This document shows, piece by piece, positions 29,100 through 37,434 of a stretch of DNA of 64,000 nucleotides (its first letter is position 1; every line of letters starts with the position of its first letter). The notes beneath the pieces were generated by a model. That model saw only the letters and a list, made by a program, of their open reading frames with translations, searched no databases and was not told the DNA's origin. This DNA is from an uncultured delta proteobacterium (GTDB taxonomy: Bacteria; Desulfobacterota; Desulfobacteria; Desulfobacterales; SG8-13), in assembly GCA_963848135.1 (NCBI GenBank), contig CAWKCK010000005.1:186001-250000 (forward strand). The letters run 5' to 3'. The position numbers and the translations under genes are program-made.

Positions 29100-29477
29100 A
29101 AAGATGATGATATAAAGGATGTTTCAGGTAACGCTCGTGTTAATTAAAAATGCCTAAGTTAACTTACTTGAATTCTATAAGATTTGAAAGATGACTACCC
29201 TACCTAAAAAATCTCCTCGTCGTTTTATGTTAATAAGTAATGTTAACTCGCCAACAAAATTTTTTCCGGATTTGTGTGATCGTATCCCTGAAACATCCCT
29301 TATACGCCTGGTTGAGGGCCCATCCAATTTACCCCCGGTTTTGCCGTAAATCCTGTGTGTCGGCATGCCCGCTTGGTCCATCGGCAGCAGCGCAAGAGTC
29401 GAAAGAGAAGGAGGAGGAAGACGACCGCGTTTGGGTCCCGGATAACCTAAATTTCTATCCGCATCCCGGCATACCGA
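29060..29477 (-). ncRNA. Putative sigma-54-dependent structured sRNA 1 (5' domain about 29360-29477; 3' end uncertain)
   Basis: Lies downstream of a -24/-12 promoter. The 5' end UCGGUAUGCC pairs with GGCAUGCCGA, and a GUCG/CGAC hairpin loop carries UCUUCCUCCUCCUUCUCUUU. No convincing CDS. Confidence 0.6.
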
Positions 29478-29486
29478 GAATAGCTG

Positions 29487-29614
29487 ATACAAGTTTTATG
29501 CCAGCACGCCGAGATGTAAAATTTTCTTTTTTTTCGAATACTTAAAAATCCCAACCCCGGTCTTTCCATACATTTTTTGACAAAATACAGTCAAATTCCT
29601 GACAAAATACGTCA
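29487..29614 (-). promoter_or_regulatory. Sigma-54-type promoter with IHF-like site and paired TGAC-N7/8-GTCA UAS
   Basis: TGGCATAAAACTTGTAT (29503-29487); TGAC-N8-GTCA at 29578-29593 and TGAC-N7-GTCA at 29600-29614; AT-rich IHF-like TTTCGAATACTTA at 29532-29544. Confidence 0.7.
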
Positions 29615-29643
29615 GCCGGTCTCTTTACTGCCACCCGGTCGGA

Positions 29644-31431
29644 TCAAACCCACTGCAATGCTTCTGAAAGGCACGTTTCCGTCAGAATCCGCCGTTTGCC
29701 CAGGCGCAGGTACACAGCGCGACCGACCGTGGCCAGGCGACGCAGCTCCGTAATAAGCACGCGCAGCCGGTCATACGACCACATATCGAGACATCGCTGC
29801 CTCGCGAGACCGCCCCGGTGACAATGCGGTGGAACGGGTGGCGCATCGCATTTTGGCGTCTCAAACCGGCCGACGACCTGCCCGCCACTGATAACGAGCC
29901 CGATAATCGTCTTTTGCCGTGAGCCCCACGTCAGAGACGACTCACTCAGAAGTGCCAACCATCGGGCCCGGCGGAGCATCCAGGCGCATTGACCCAGTAA
30001 GGATTCTATCCGACCGGCCACATCTTCGGCCGTCCACAGGTCATCGGCAGCACCGGTCTGTGTTTCTTCTTTGCTGTCGTCTATCGATTCCTTCCCGTTT
30101 TCAAGCGCCGCTCTAGTCAGGCGCCGCTTCATGTCACCGATGGCAAGTAACGTTCGCCAGATCGGCTTGGATTGAATGGCTGTCGCATGACGATCCATGA
30201 ACAGTCCGATTCCGCCCAGCAGGCAGGCTTTATCCGGGCAAAAACGCTCCGGCAAGTCGAGCAGCACTGCCGAATCCTTGACTGCGGGTTCAGAAAACGA
30301 TCCTGACGGTTCCGCCAGGATATTACCGATGGCATGCAAGGCTTTGAAAAGGCCCCGATGCGGCACGGGTCCGAACCTATGCTGCCGATCCGGTACATGC
30401 GAATAATTCTTGAAGTCGGGGGACATGAACCAAGTGTGGCGGTTGTCGGCCTGCAGAGCAATGTTGTACGGCGGACGGAATCTCTTGATTTCTTCGGTTT
30501 CCAAAAGGGCGGCCTCCAGGGCCGATCCGGTGGGTGTTATTTTTACGTCGGCCGCCTGGGTAAGCATCTCCAGTGATTTCTCCGAATGACAACCGGTTTT
30601 ACGAAAATGGCTGTTTACCCGCTGGCGGAGATGCGTTGCCTTACCGATATAAAGTAAATCTCCATTGGATCTGACGAAACGGTACACCCCGGGTTCTTCC
30701 GGCAGGTTACGCCGAATGGTAGAGGGCATTGGATATCGGCGAACAGCGGTCGGTACCGGTGTCCGAGCCAGCCAGTTTTTCAATTCCGAAAGGGTGTGAA
30801 TTCCGAGAGACCGATTGAGGAGAGTGACCAGCTGACGCCAGATAACGGCTGTGGCGATGGCATGGGCGGCGGAACGCCGACGAGGTGTAACCGTGTGCCC
30901 AAAGTATCCGGCCAAGGCTCGCAGGCCTTTACGGGGAAGTTCGGGCAGCAGGCGCCTGGCAATTTCATGACTGCAGATGATATCGAACGGAAATATTGAT
31001 GCAGCACCCTGCAATTCGTAGAGATGCCGCAAAAAAGGCTCTTCAAAGCGTGAAAAATGAATGACCAGCGGGCACCGCTGCAATTGGTTGGCGCCGACGA
31101 CAGAACGGGCCGTTTCGTTCAACCGGCGCCACACGGCGTCAGTCGACCACCCATCAATTATATCGGCTTGCGTTAATCCGGTCAGGCGCACGACAGGCGG
31201 TGGAATCGTACCACCTGAAGGCAATCGAACCCGGCAGCTAAAAACCGACGACCAATCGGATACGCCGGCAATCACGGCCGATGTCCGGATCCATCCGATT
31301 TCAATCAGACTGGCGCATTCCGGACGGCTCCCGGTGGTCTGGCAATCGAGGATCAATACCTCGAGAGTCTTAAGCGGCGAATGGATCCCCATGCCTGCAG
31401 GAACGGTATTTGGGGTCACGAGTGAAGGCAC
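29644..31431 (-). CDS. DEDDh (DnaQ-like) exonuclease - GIY-YIG (UvrC/Cho-like) endonuclease fusion
   Basis: ILDCQTTG...IEIG and LTGL N-terminal fold; PGVYRF...LYIGKATHLRQRV...ALLETEEIK...PPYN. Confidence 0.85.
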   Translation of the reverse strand: MPSLVTPNTVPAGMGIHSPLKTLEVLILDCQTTGSRPECASLIEIGWIRTSAVIAGVSDWSSVFSCRVRLPSGGTIPPPVVRLTGLTQADIIDGWSTDAVWRRLNETARSVVGANQLQRCPLVIHFSRFEEPFLRHLYELQGAASIFPFDIICSHEIARRLLPELPRKGLRALAGYFGHTVTPRRRSAAHAIATAVIWRQLVTLLNRSLGIHTLSELKNWLARTPVPTAVRRYPMPSTIRRNLPEEPGVYRFVRSNGDLLYIGKATHLRQRVNSHFRKTGCHSEKSLEMLTQAADVKITPTGSALEAALLETEEIKRFRPPYNIALQADNRHTWFMSPDFKNYSHVPDRQHRFGPVPHRGLFKALHAIGNILAEPSGSFSEPAVKDSAVLLDLPERFCPDKACLLGGIGLFMDRHATAIQSKPIWRTLLAIGDMKRRLTRAALENGKESIDDSKEETQTGAADDLWTAEDVAGRIESLLGQCAWMLRRARWLALLSESSLTWGSRQKTIIGLVISGGQVVGRFETPKCDAPPVPPHCHRGGLARQRCLDMWSYDRLRVLITELRRLATVGRAVYLRLGKRRILTETCLSEALQWV

Positions 31432-31532
31432 CTGTTAATTTAGGTACAACGGGATCCGAAAACGACAGGAAATTCCGGGAGTATTCTTGATGGCTTCGAC
31501 CGAAAATCACCGACGGTGAGGCGCTCGTCGAT

Positions 31533-32441
31533 TTATTCGATTTTCAACTTTCTGGCGAAAGAGGCCGCTTCCAGACCTGCCACGCAGCCTTCACCCACGG
31601 CTTTGGCCATCTGCCACGGTGGTCCGCAGATGTCACCGGCGGCGAAGACGCCCGGAACACTGGTGTTCTGTTTTTTGTCGGTATGAATATATTTGGCATC
31701 ATCATCCAAACGGATTCCAAATTCAGCAGCAAGTTCCATAACCCCCTTGGCTCCCAGTTCGATGAAAACACCACTGACAGGAATTGGCGTGCCATCTTTC
31801 AACACGATGCCGGTCACTTCCTTGCCTCCGTCTATTCTCTCGACGGCCGCGCCCTGATGAATGATGATATCGCTTTGCTCGATTTCTTCCCTCAGGGAAT
31901 CAATCACCTGTAACTGTTTGCAGACCAGGTGAACCTTACGGGCGGTGCTCGTCAGCGTCACGGCGCCGCTGGCCGCCGCACTCTCACCCCCGATAACCGC
32001 CACGTCCTGGTCACGGAAAAAATTGGCATCGCACTCGACGCAGTAACTGACCCCCTTGCCGAGAAAATCCGTTTCTCCGGGAACACCCAGCTTGTTGCGG
32101 GTGGAGCCTGTGGCGATAATCAGGCTTTTACAGCGGATGCTTTGCCGGCTTTCGGTCGTCAGGCTGAACAATTGGCCGTCCGGGGTGACCTTCAAAATAT
32201 CTTCGTCGACGATTTGCGCACCGAATTGAACGGCCTGCTCCCGGCCAATGCGCAGCATATCCTCCCCGGCCACGCTGAAGAGGCAGCAGAAATTTTCGAC
32301 ATGGGCGTGAAAAAGACTGCTCTTGACCTGCTTACCGAACATGACAACCGAGGCCTTTCGACGGGCGGCGTGAATGGCGGCCTGTAGTCCGGCCGGTCCT
32401 GTACCGAGGATAACCACATCAATGATTTCTTTTGGCTGCAT
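31533..32441 (-). CDS. Thioredoxin reductase-like flavoprotein
   Basis: ILGTGPAG, IIATG, GKGVSYCVECD and FAAGD...AVGEG. Confidence 0.9.
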   Translation of the reverse strand: MQPKEIIDVVILGTGPAGLQAAIHAARRKASVVMFGKQVKSSLFHAHVENFCCLFSVAGEDMLRIGREQAVQFGAQIVDEDILKVTPDGQLFSLTTESRQSIRCKSLIIATGSTRNKLGVPGETDFLGKGVSYCVECDANFFRDQDVAVIGGESAAASGAVTLTSTARKVHLVCKQLQVIDSLREEIEQSDIIIHQGAAVERIDGGKEVTGIVLKDGTPIPVSGVFIELGAKGVMELAAEFGIRLDDDAKYIHTDKKQNTSVPGVFAAGDICGPPWQMAKAVGEGCVAGLEAASFARKLKIE

Positions 32442-32991
32442 TTGTTATCTCCCAACCCGGCGGACATAATATTAAACATCAGTTTTCAGAGGCCAATCCG
32501 TTCCAGGCGATGCTATTGCCCTATTACGGCAATTTATTATTGATAAGCGGTATGATCGCTTCTCTTTGTCTCGAAGGACAAAATTTTCAAATATGCGATA
32601 ATCGACGGTCCGGTAACGACCGCGGATCCGTTCTCTGACATCATCTTGCACCGGACCGACAGGGCTGTCAAGCGTTGTTGCCCAGATGCTCGATTTCAAC
32701 CCGAAAGCAGAGCGCACCCAGTGATCGGCCCCGCGCAAAGATCACTATATTCTTGAATTTGAACAATTTTCGAGGCCATGACGTGAACATGACGCTTTCA
32801 GTTCCTCTGTGCTCTTGAATTCGGTGTTTTCAGCATTACACTATTGACTATGGTTAATTGCGTGAGGCCGACATGTTTGACCGGTGCACCAAAGCTGATC
32901 AAACCGACCTCACCTGAACACGTTGGCGCCATGAAGTATTCCGACCGAACGCAGCGTGTCGATATATACCACCGAAAGGAGATGAAGCCGT

Positions 32992-33294
32992 ATGGCCAAA
33001 GATAAATTCAAAGTAACACCGGATGTTTGTACATATCTGAGCGAAGACGAACACACCCTGAACATTGAAGTTTCCGTGCCGGGTGTCAACAAAGGCGATA
33101 TCCGCCTGCAACTGCTCGATGACAGTTTTAACCTGACAGCCCCGGGAAAGGATGTCGAATACGTCACCGCTTCAGCGTTCTGCTGCCCGGTTAAGGCCAC
33201 TGAGGCCAAGGCAAAATATGAAAACGGCTGCCTTAAGATCTCGGTGCCTTTCAAAAATCCGTTCGAGAACGCAGTGCAAGTTACAATCGGTTGA
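32992..33294 (+). CDS. Small heat-shock protein (Hsp20/alpha-crystallin)
   Basis: VPGVNKGDI and AKAKYENGCLKISVP; AAGGAG RBS. Confidence 0.88.
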   Translation: MAKDKFKVTPDVCTYLSEDEHTLNIEVSVPGVNKGDIRLQLLDDSFNLTAPGKDVEYVTASAFCCPVKATEAKAKYENGCLKISVPFKNPFENAVQVTIG

Positions 33295-33374
33295 CGGCAC
33301 CCAACACCGGGAAATTAATAATCACGACCCCAAAGACAATGCCTCACAGGAAGTCGTCGGGAACCAGAATACAG

Positions 33375-33402
33375 AAAGCAGGGTCTTTCAAGACCCTGCT
33401 TT
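33375..33402. terminator. Bidirectional terminator-like hairpin
   Basis: AAAGCAGGGTCTT-TC-AAGACCCTGCTTT perfect inverted repeat between convergent genes. Confidence 0.7.
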
Positions 33403-33627
33403 GCATTTGCACCCCAATTCATGCAACCGCATGAGCACGGGTTGCATCTTCCCACATTCCATTCAGATTCAAAGCGCCCGGTGGAAGGTCTTTGGAATCG
33501 TCACTTTCAATCGGATATGGCGCCTCTAACCCAGACATTTCATGTCAAGTATCTAAAATTAAATTAATTTACTCATAGTGGCGAAAAAGATTTTATGAAA
33601 TATTCGGGCTAATAAACCAACACCCGG

Positions 33628-34212
33628 TCAAGCGCTGCCACCTTTGAGACCAAGTGCATCGGCAACGTCGCGCATACCCATGATCGTGTCCGTTATGAGC
33701 TCGCTCACTTCAACGCCCAGCATCTGAGCCCCTTTTTCAATAATTGTCCGATCGACACCGGCGGCAAACCGCTTGTCCTTCCATTTTTTCTTGACTGACT
33801 TGGCCTTGAGGTCCATCAGGCTCCGTGATGGCCGGACAAGGGCGGTCGTGACGACCAGGCCGGTCAGTTCATCTATGGCAAAAAGGACTTTTTCCATTTC
33901 AGTTTGTGGTTCCACATCCGTACATATACCCCAACCGTGACTCACCACCGCACGGATATATTCTTCGGGCCAGTTTCGGTCCTTAAGAATTTCTTCGGTC
34001 TTACGGCAGTGCTGGTCGGGATACATTTCGTAATCCAAATCATGGATCAGGCCAACAATCCCCCATTTTTCTTCATCCTCATCGCGTTTGTGCGCCATGT
34101 ATCGCATGACGCCCTCAACGGCTAAGGCATGTTTGATCAGGCTCTCATTCCGGTTGTACGTCTTCAGCAACGTTAAGGCATCGTCACGTGTCGGCACATT
34201 CGGTTCATTCAT
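33628..34212 (-). CDS. HD(IG) domain metal-dependent phosphohydrolase
   Basis: KHALAV, IHDLDY, SH and AIDELTG; AAGGAGG RBS. Confidence 0.9.
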   Translation of the reverse strand: MNEPNVPTRDDALTLLKTYNRNESLIKHALAVEGVMRYMAHKRDEDEEKWGIVGLIHDLDYEMYPDQHCRKTEEILKDRNWPEEYIRAVVSHGWGICTDVEPQTEMEKVLFAIDELTGLVVTTALVRPSRSLMDLKAKSVKKKWKDKRFAAGVDRTIIEKGAQMLGVEVSELITDTIMGMRDVADALGLKGGSA

Positions 34213-34275
34213 ATGTTACCTCCTTAAAGTCAGAAACTTCTCGATCTTGTGCCCGGCGGAAGCGTCCTGACGGCA

Positions 34276-34845
34276 TTACCGCCTATCCCCCTCCCCGGGC
34301 AGAAACGGCCACAGCTCTTTCAATCCCATGGATCCGGCGGACACGATTATTTTGGGTGAGTATCGGCCGTACTGAATAATTTTTGCCATTTTATCATCGC
34401 AGCCCGCCGCAGAAAGACGGCCGCTCACCCAAAGGACCCGCGGGAACAAAAGCGCGTTGATGAAAGGCAGATCCTCGTCTCGACAAAAACTGCTCCCACG
34501 GCCATCGTCGATAATGATAAAATCGGCCCATCCGTCTTTTAAACATTCGATGGTCTCCCGTTCTCCCGGGTCAAGAAGAAAGAGACGTTTGTCTTTCGAT
34601 AACTGCCACGCCGCGCGCCTGCCGCTGGAGACGATAGTGACTGCCGCTCGGCGGGCCACATCTCTGAAGAACGCCGCCCCGGGGTATCCACTGTGCGTAA
34701 CCTCCCAAAGGACCGTCGCCGTCATCAGCACACGGTAGGTCTGAACCAGCCGTCCGAACAATCCGGCTTTGAATAGTATAATGGCTGAAGAGGCGTCAAC
34801 AATCGCCCGTTTTCGATCTATGCCTGTATTCTGAAGAGTGTCCAT
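34276..34845 (-). CDS. PIN-domain protein (DUF3368-like)
   Basis: IVDASSAI, V..EV, LDPGERETI and IIIDD acidic PIN motif. Confidence 0.75.
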   Translation of the reverse strand: MDTLQNTGIDRKRAIVDASSAIILFKAGLFGRLVQTYRVLMTATVLWEVTHSGYPGAAFFRDVARRAAVTIVSSGRRAAWQLSKDKRLFLLDPGERETIECLKDGWADFIIIDDGRGSSFCRDEDLPFINALLFPRVLWVSGRLSAAGCDDKMAKIIQYGRYSPKIIVSAGSMGLKELWPFLPGEGDRR

Positions 34846-35025
34846 GCCATATGGGCAATAAAGTAATCATTGCTGCACTATTTTATCAAGAACCTAATTT
34901 GAGCGATTGTCGAGATTGCCGCAGATACAAGGAAGATGTCGTTCCGTCCCGCCGCCGGCGGGATCAGCTATGCGGGACGGCATATGACGCCGTGGATGCG
35001 GCAACCCTCCAGAGGTGGATAAAGA

Positions 35026-35129
35026 TCGGCAATCCCAATGGGTTTCAAATTTTAAAATCAAAGGATGATAGAATTCATTAAATACAAAGCCGTTCACCCT
35101 CCATTAATAATTTGAAACGCTCACTTTAG
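35026..35129. mobile_element. MITE-like repeat, family A
   Basis: Reverse complement aligns end-to-end with 16386-16488, including the shared non-TIR end GGGATTGCCGA. Confidence 0.8.
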
Positions 35130-35224
35130 GAAGAAGTTGTTGCATAAGTGCGGGGGGACCCCGATTGAATCACGCTCAGTAAATTTCGAGCATATAGGCA
35201 CGGAATAGAGAAACAGGGGATGGG

Positions 35225-35353
35225 AGAAAAAATTGGCCCCTGGAGTTCGCGGGACTCCAGGGGCACTTAAAGGAGGAGTCACTCCGAGGTTCACCAGGCC
35301 CCGGAGCGTGTCTGATGAAGTTGCCAACACCGGATTGGGTGGTAGCAGCTTGA
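35225..35353 (-). ncRNA. Putative sigma-54-dependent sRNA 2 (about 128 nt, three hairpins)
   Basis: Two stem-loops, then single-stranded ACUCCUCCUUU, then an 11-bp GC-rich terminator (35236-35264) and a U6 tract. Confidence 0.75.
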
Positions 35354-35362
35354 ATTCAGAGT

Positions 35363-35494
35363 ATACAAGTTCCATGCCAATATCATCCAAAATTTAAACT
35401 TTCAACATGCTGATATTATTTGCTTTTATTAAAGGTCGGCAAAATAGCTCCCAAATTTGCCAAAACACGTCAACACTCCTGACCAAATTTGTCA
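35363..35494 (-). promoter_or_regulatory. Sigma-54-type promoter with IHF site and paired TGAC-N7-GTCA UAS
   Basis: TGGCATGGAACTTGTAT (35379-35363); IHF consensus match TATCAGCATGTTG (35415-35403); TGCC-N7-GTCA at 35458-35472 and TGAC-N7-GTCA at 35480-35494. Confidence 0.72.
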
Positions 35495-35740
35495 CCGGCG
35501 GATCTAAAATAGCCATCCGGCGGTATCCGAATATAGATGTTTGGACGCCTCCGCGTGGCCCGTGGATCGATTGTGTTTTTTCCTTTTAATTCATCCCGCG
35601 ATTATGTAAAAATAAAAGGGTCACAATGCCCTTCGCCTGAATATTTTGATGAAAAAACCGGATGAGATCGATCGTCGGTCCCAAATAACTTTGCCTCAGG
35701 CGTATGGAAGGGATCGAGGGAGGGGGAAAACGTCGCTAAA

Positions 35741-36718
35741 ATGAACATGGCAAGTGCGATTGTAATGGCCGGCTACAATAACAAGTGGGCCGTCAAGAAA
35801 TATGCCAAAATCATCGCCGAACACTATGGTGAGACATTTATCGAAACCGGATACAAGCCGTTGAGGGAATTCGAGGTCATCGAGAACGGTCAATCGGTCA
35901 AGAAACCACTGATTCAATTCACCCTGGAACAGCTCTTCCAATGCAATCGCATCGGGGACATCACCATCGTCGGTCATCAAATGCTGCTGGAGCAGCGTCT
36001 TAACGATTTTCTCACCCAGTCTGGCCGGCCATATCGAATTATCAACCAGAACTCCCGTATCCCAGCTGATGTGATCAAGGCGTTTCACATTCGGCCCCGC
36101 AAGGTTAAACACAACTCCATCGCTGGAAATATGATCAAGGGCTACGCGGCCAGCACCGCTGGAGAAGAGAAACGGCACGCTTTGTTCGTGGCATCGGACT
36201 CACCATTGACCACCAGCTCTTTTATGGATTACTTCCTCGATCTGGCCGATAACTTTGCAACGGGGAATACGATTATTCTCCCCGCGGTGTTAATCGACGG
36301 TGCCACGGACAATTTTGGGCGATACCCGATGAAACTCATTAACGACTCGGATTTCCAACTGTCGGATAAAACCGATGCCCACGGCCGCCAGGGATTCCGC
36401 CTCTCTTCCCTGATGTATGCCAACCCATACGGATTCGACATCAACACCGCCAATACCGCTTACAATCTGCGCAAATGCCTGAACCCCAAAGTGCAGCTAA
36501 AATTGTTCAGGATCACGCGCCATCTGGGATATAAAAATTTCTACTCCAAGCATTTTATCCAGAAGGACCTGAGCTTGAAAGAAGTCGAAAATATTACCTC
36601 AGCTTTTTTCGACGGTCGTCTGAAGATCATTCCGGTTCAGGAGGTGGTTTCGAGCTACGATTATGACGGTACGGACGATGAATACCGTCGGTTGGCAGAA
36701 ATTCTTCGAAAAGGCTGA
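35741..36718 (+). CDS. Nucleotidyltransferase-like (MobA/NTP_transferase, GT-A fold) hypothetical protein
   Basis: AIVMAG start, K-PL...GKKPLIQFTLEQL...ITIVG, ASDSPL and C-terminal DYD. Confidence 0.65.
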   Translation: MNMASAIVMAGYNNKWAVKKYAKIIAEHYGETFIETGYKPLREFEVIENGQSVKKPLIQFTLEQLFQCNRIGDITIVGHQMLLEQRLNDFLTQSGRPYRIINQNSRIPADVIKAFHIRPRKVKHNSIAGNMIKGYAASTAGEEKRHALFVASDSPLTTSSFMDYFLDLADNFATGNTIILPAVLIDGATDNFGRYPMKLINDSDFQLSDKTDAHGRQGFRLSSLMYANPYGFDINTANTAYNLRKCLNPKVQLKLFRITRHLGYKNFYSKHFIQKDLSLKEVENITSAFFDGRLKIIPVQEVVSSYDYDGTDDEYRRLAEILRKG

Positions 36719-36772
36719 AGGGACTGATTTGCGTCCCGGAACAAGACAGCGGGCGACAATCCGCTGTCATTG

Positions 36773-37258
36773 TCAATGCAGTTCTTCTCGGATGCAAAGT
36801 TGCAGTTTCAGGGCATGCTTTTGCTCCTCGGCAATGATCCTCTCCAGGTCGTCCTGCGCTTCCCTGTCTTCCACAAATGGCCGCAGCATTTTAAAGAACT
36901 GGACCTTGTCCTTTTCGAATTCAATCGTGACCTTGAGCATTTGCATGTCTTTTTGAATGCCCGAAACATCGGCATTCTCCAACGAAAAACTCAAACCTCC
37001 GATAGTCTCCAATAAGATCTCACGGCCGACCTCGGCGATCTGCGGGTCTCCTTCCATATTCTCGGCTTTTCTTCGCAATGCCGAAAACCATTCCACATGC
37101 CGGGCTTCTTCATCAACGAGCCACGCGAGCATAGTTCGCAAATCTTCGTTTGTGGCCCGAGTCAATGCCATGCGGTAGATTTTTTCTGCATTTTTGTCGA
37201 TCTGAATGGCGATTTCAAATAAGTCTTCACTGGTAAACACAACATCCTCCGGAATCAC
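36773..37258 (-). CDS. Ferritin-like (rubrerythrin family) protein
   Basis: AIQID...IY, DEEARH, IEFE and EEQKH di-iron motifs. Confidence 0.85.
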   Translation of the reverse strand: MIPEDVVFTSEDLFEIAIQIDKNAEKIYRMALTRATNEDLRTMLAWLVDEEARHVEWFSALRRKAENMEGDPQIAEVGREILLETIGGLSFSLENADVSGIQKDMQMLKVTIEFEKDKVQFFKMLRPFVEDREAQDDLERIIAEEQKHALKLQLCIREELH

Positions 37259-37434
37259 TGGAATCAGTCTGTTAGAATCCTATCGCCCCGATATCTCGCG
37301 GGTGGCAGGCGTCAATTTGCAAGGTAATAAGAAAAATTCGGGGTCGAAGCGTAATAGGGGTTGTCAAAAGATCGTTCCGTTATTCGACCGTTTTTTTTAC
37401 CAATCCCTTATACCTTCCTTGCGTATTGCGGAAT

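Noticed and set aside
29175..29545. ORFs 29175-29492 (-) and 29240-29545 (+)
   Set aside because: No RBS or motifs; the minus ORF starts inside the promoter element. Better explained as ncRNA.
32750..32850. Sigma-32 promoter or CIRCE for hsp20
   Set aside because: CTTGAA is present but there is no convincing CCCCAT -10 or CIRCE inverted repeat.
35121..35390. 89-aa minus-strand ORF
   Set aside because: It runs through the promoter and terminator hairpin into the MITE end; likely spurious.
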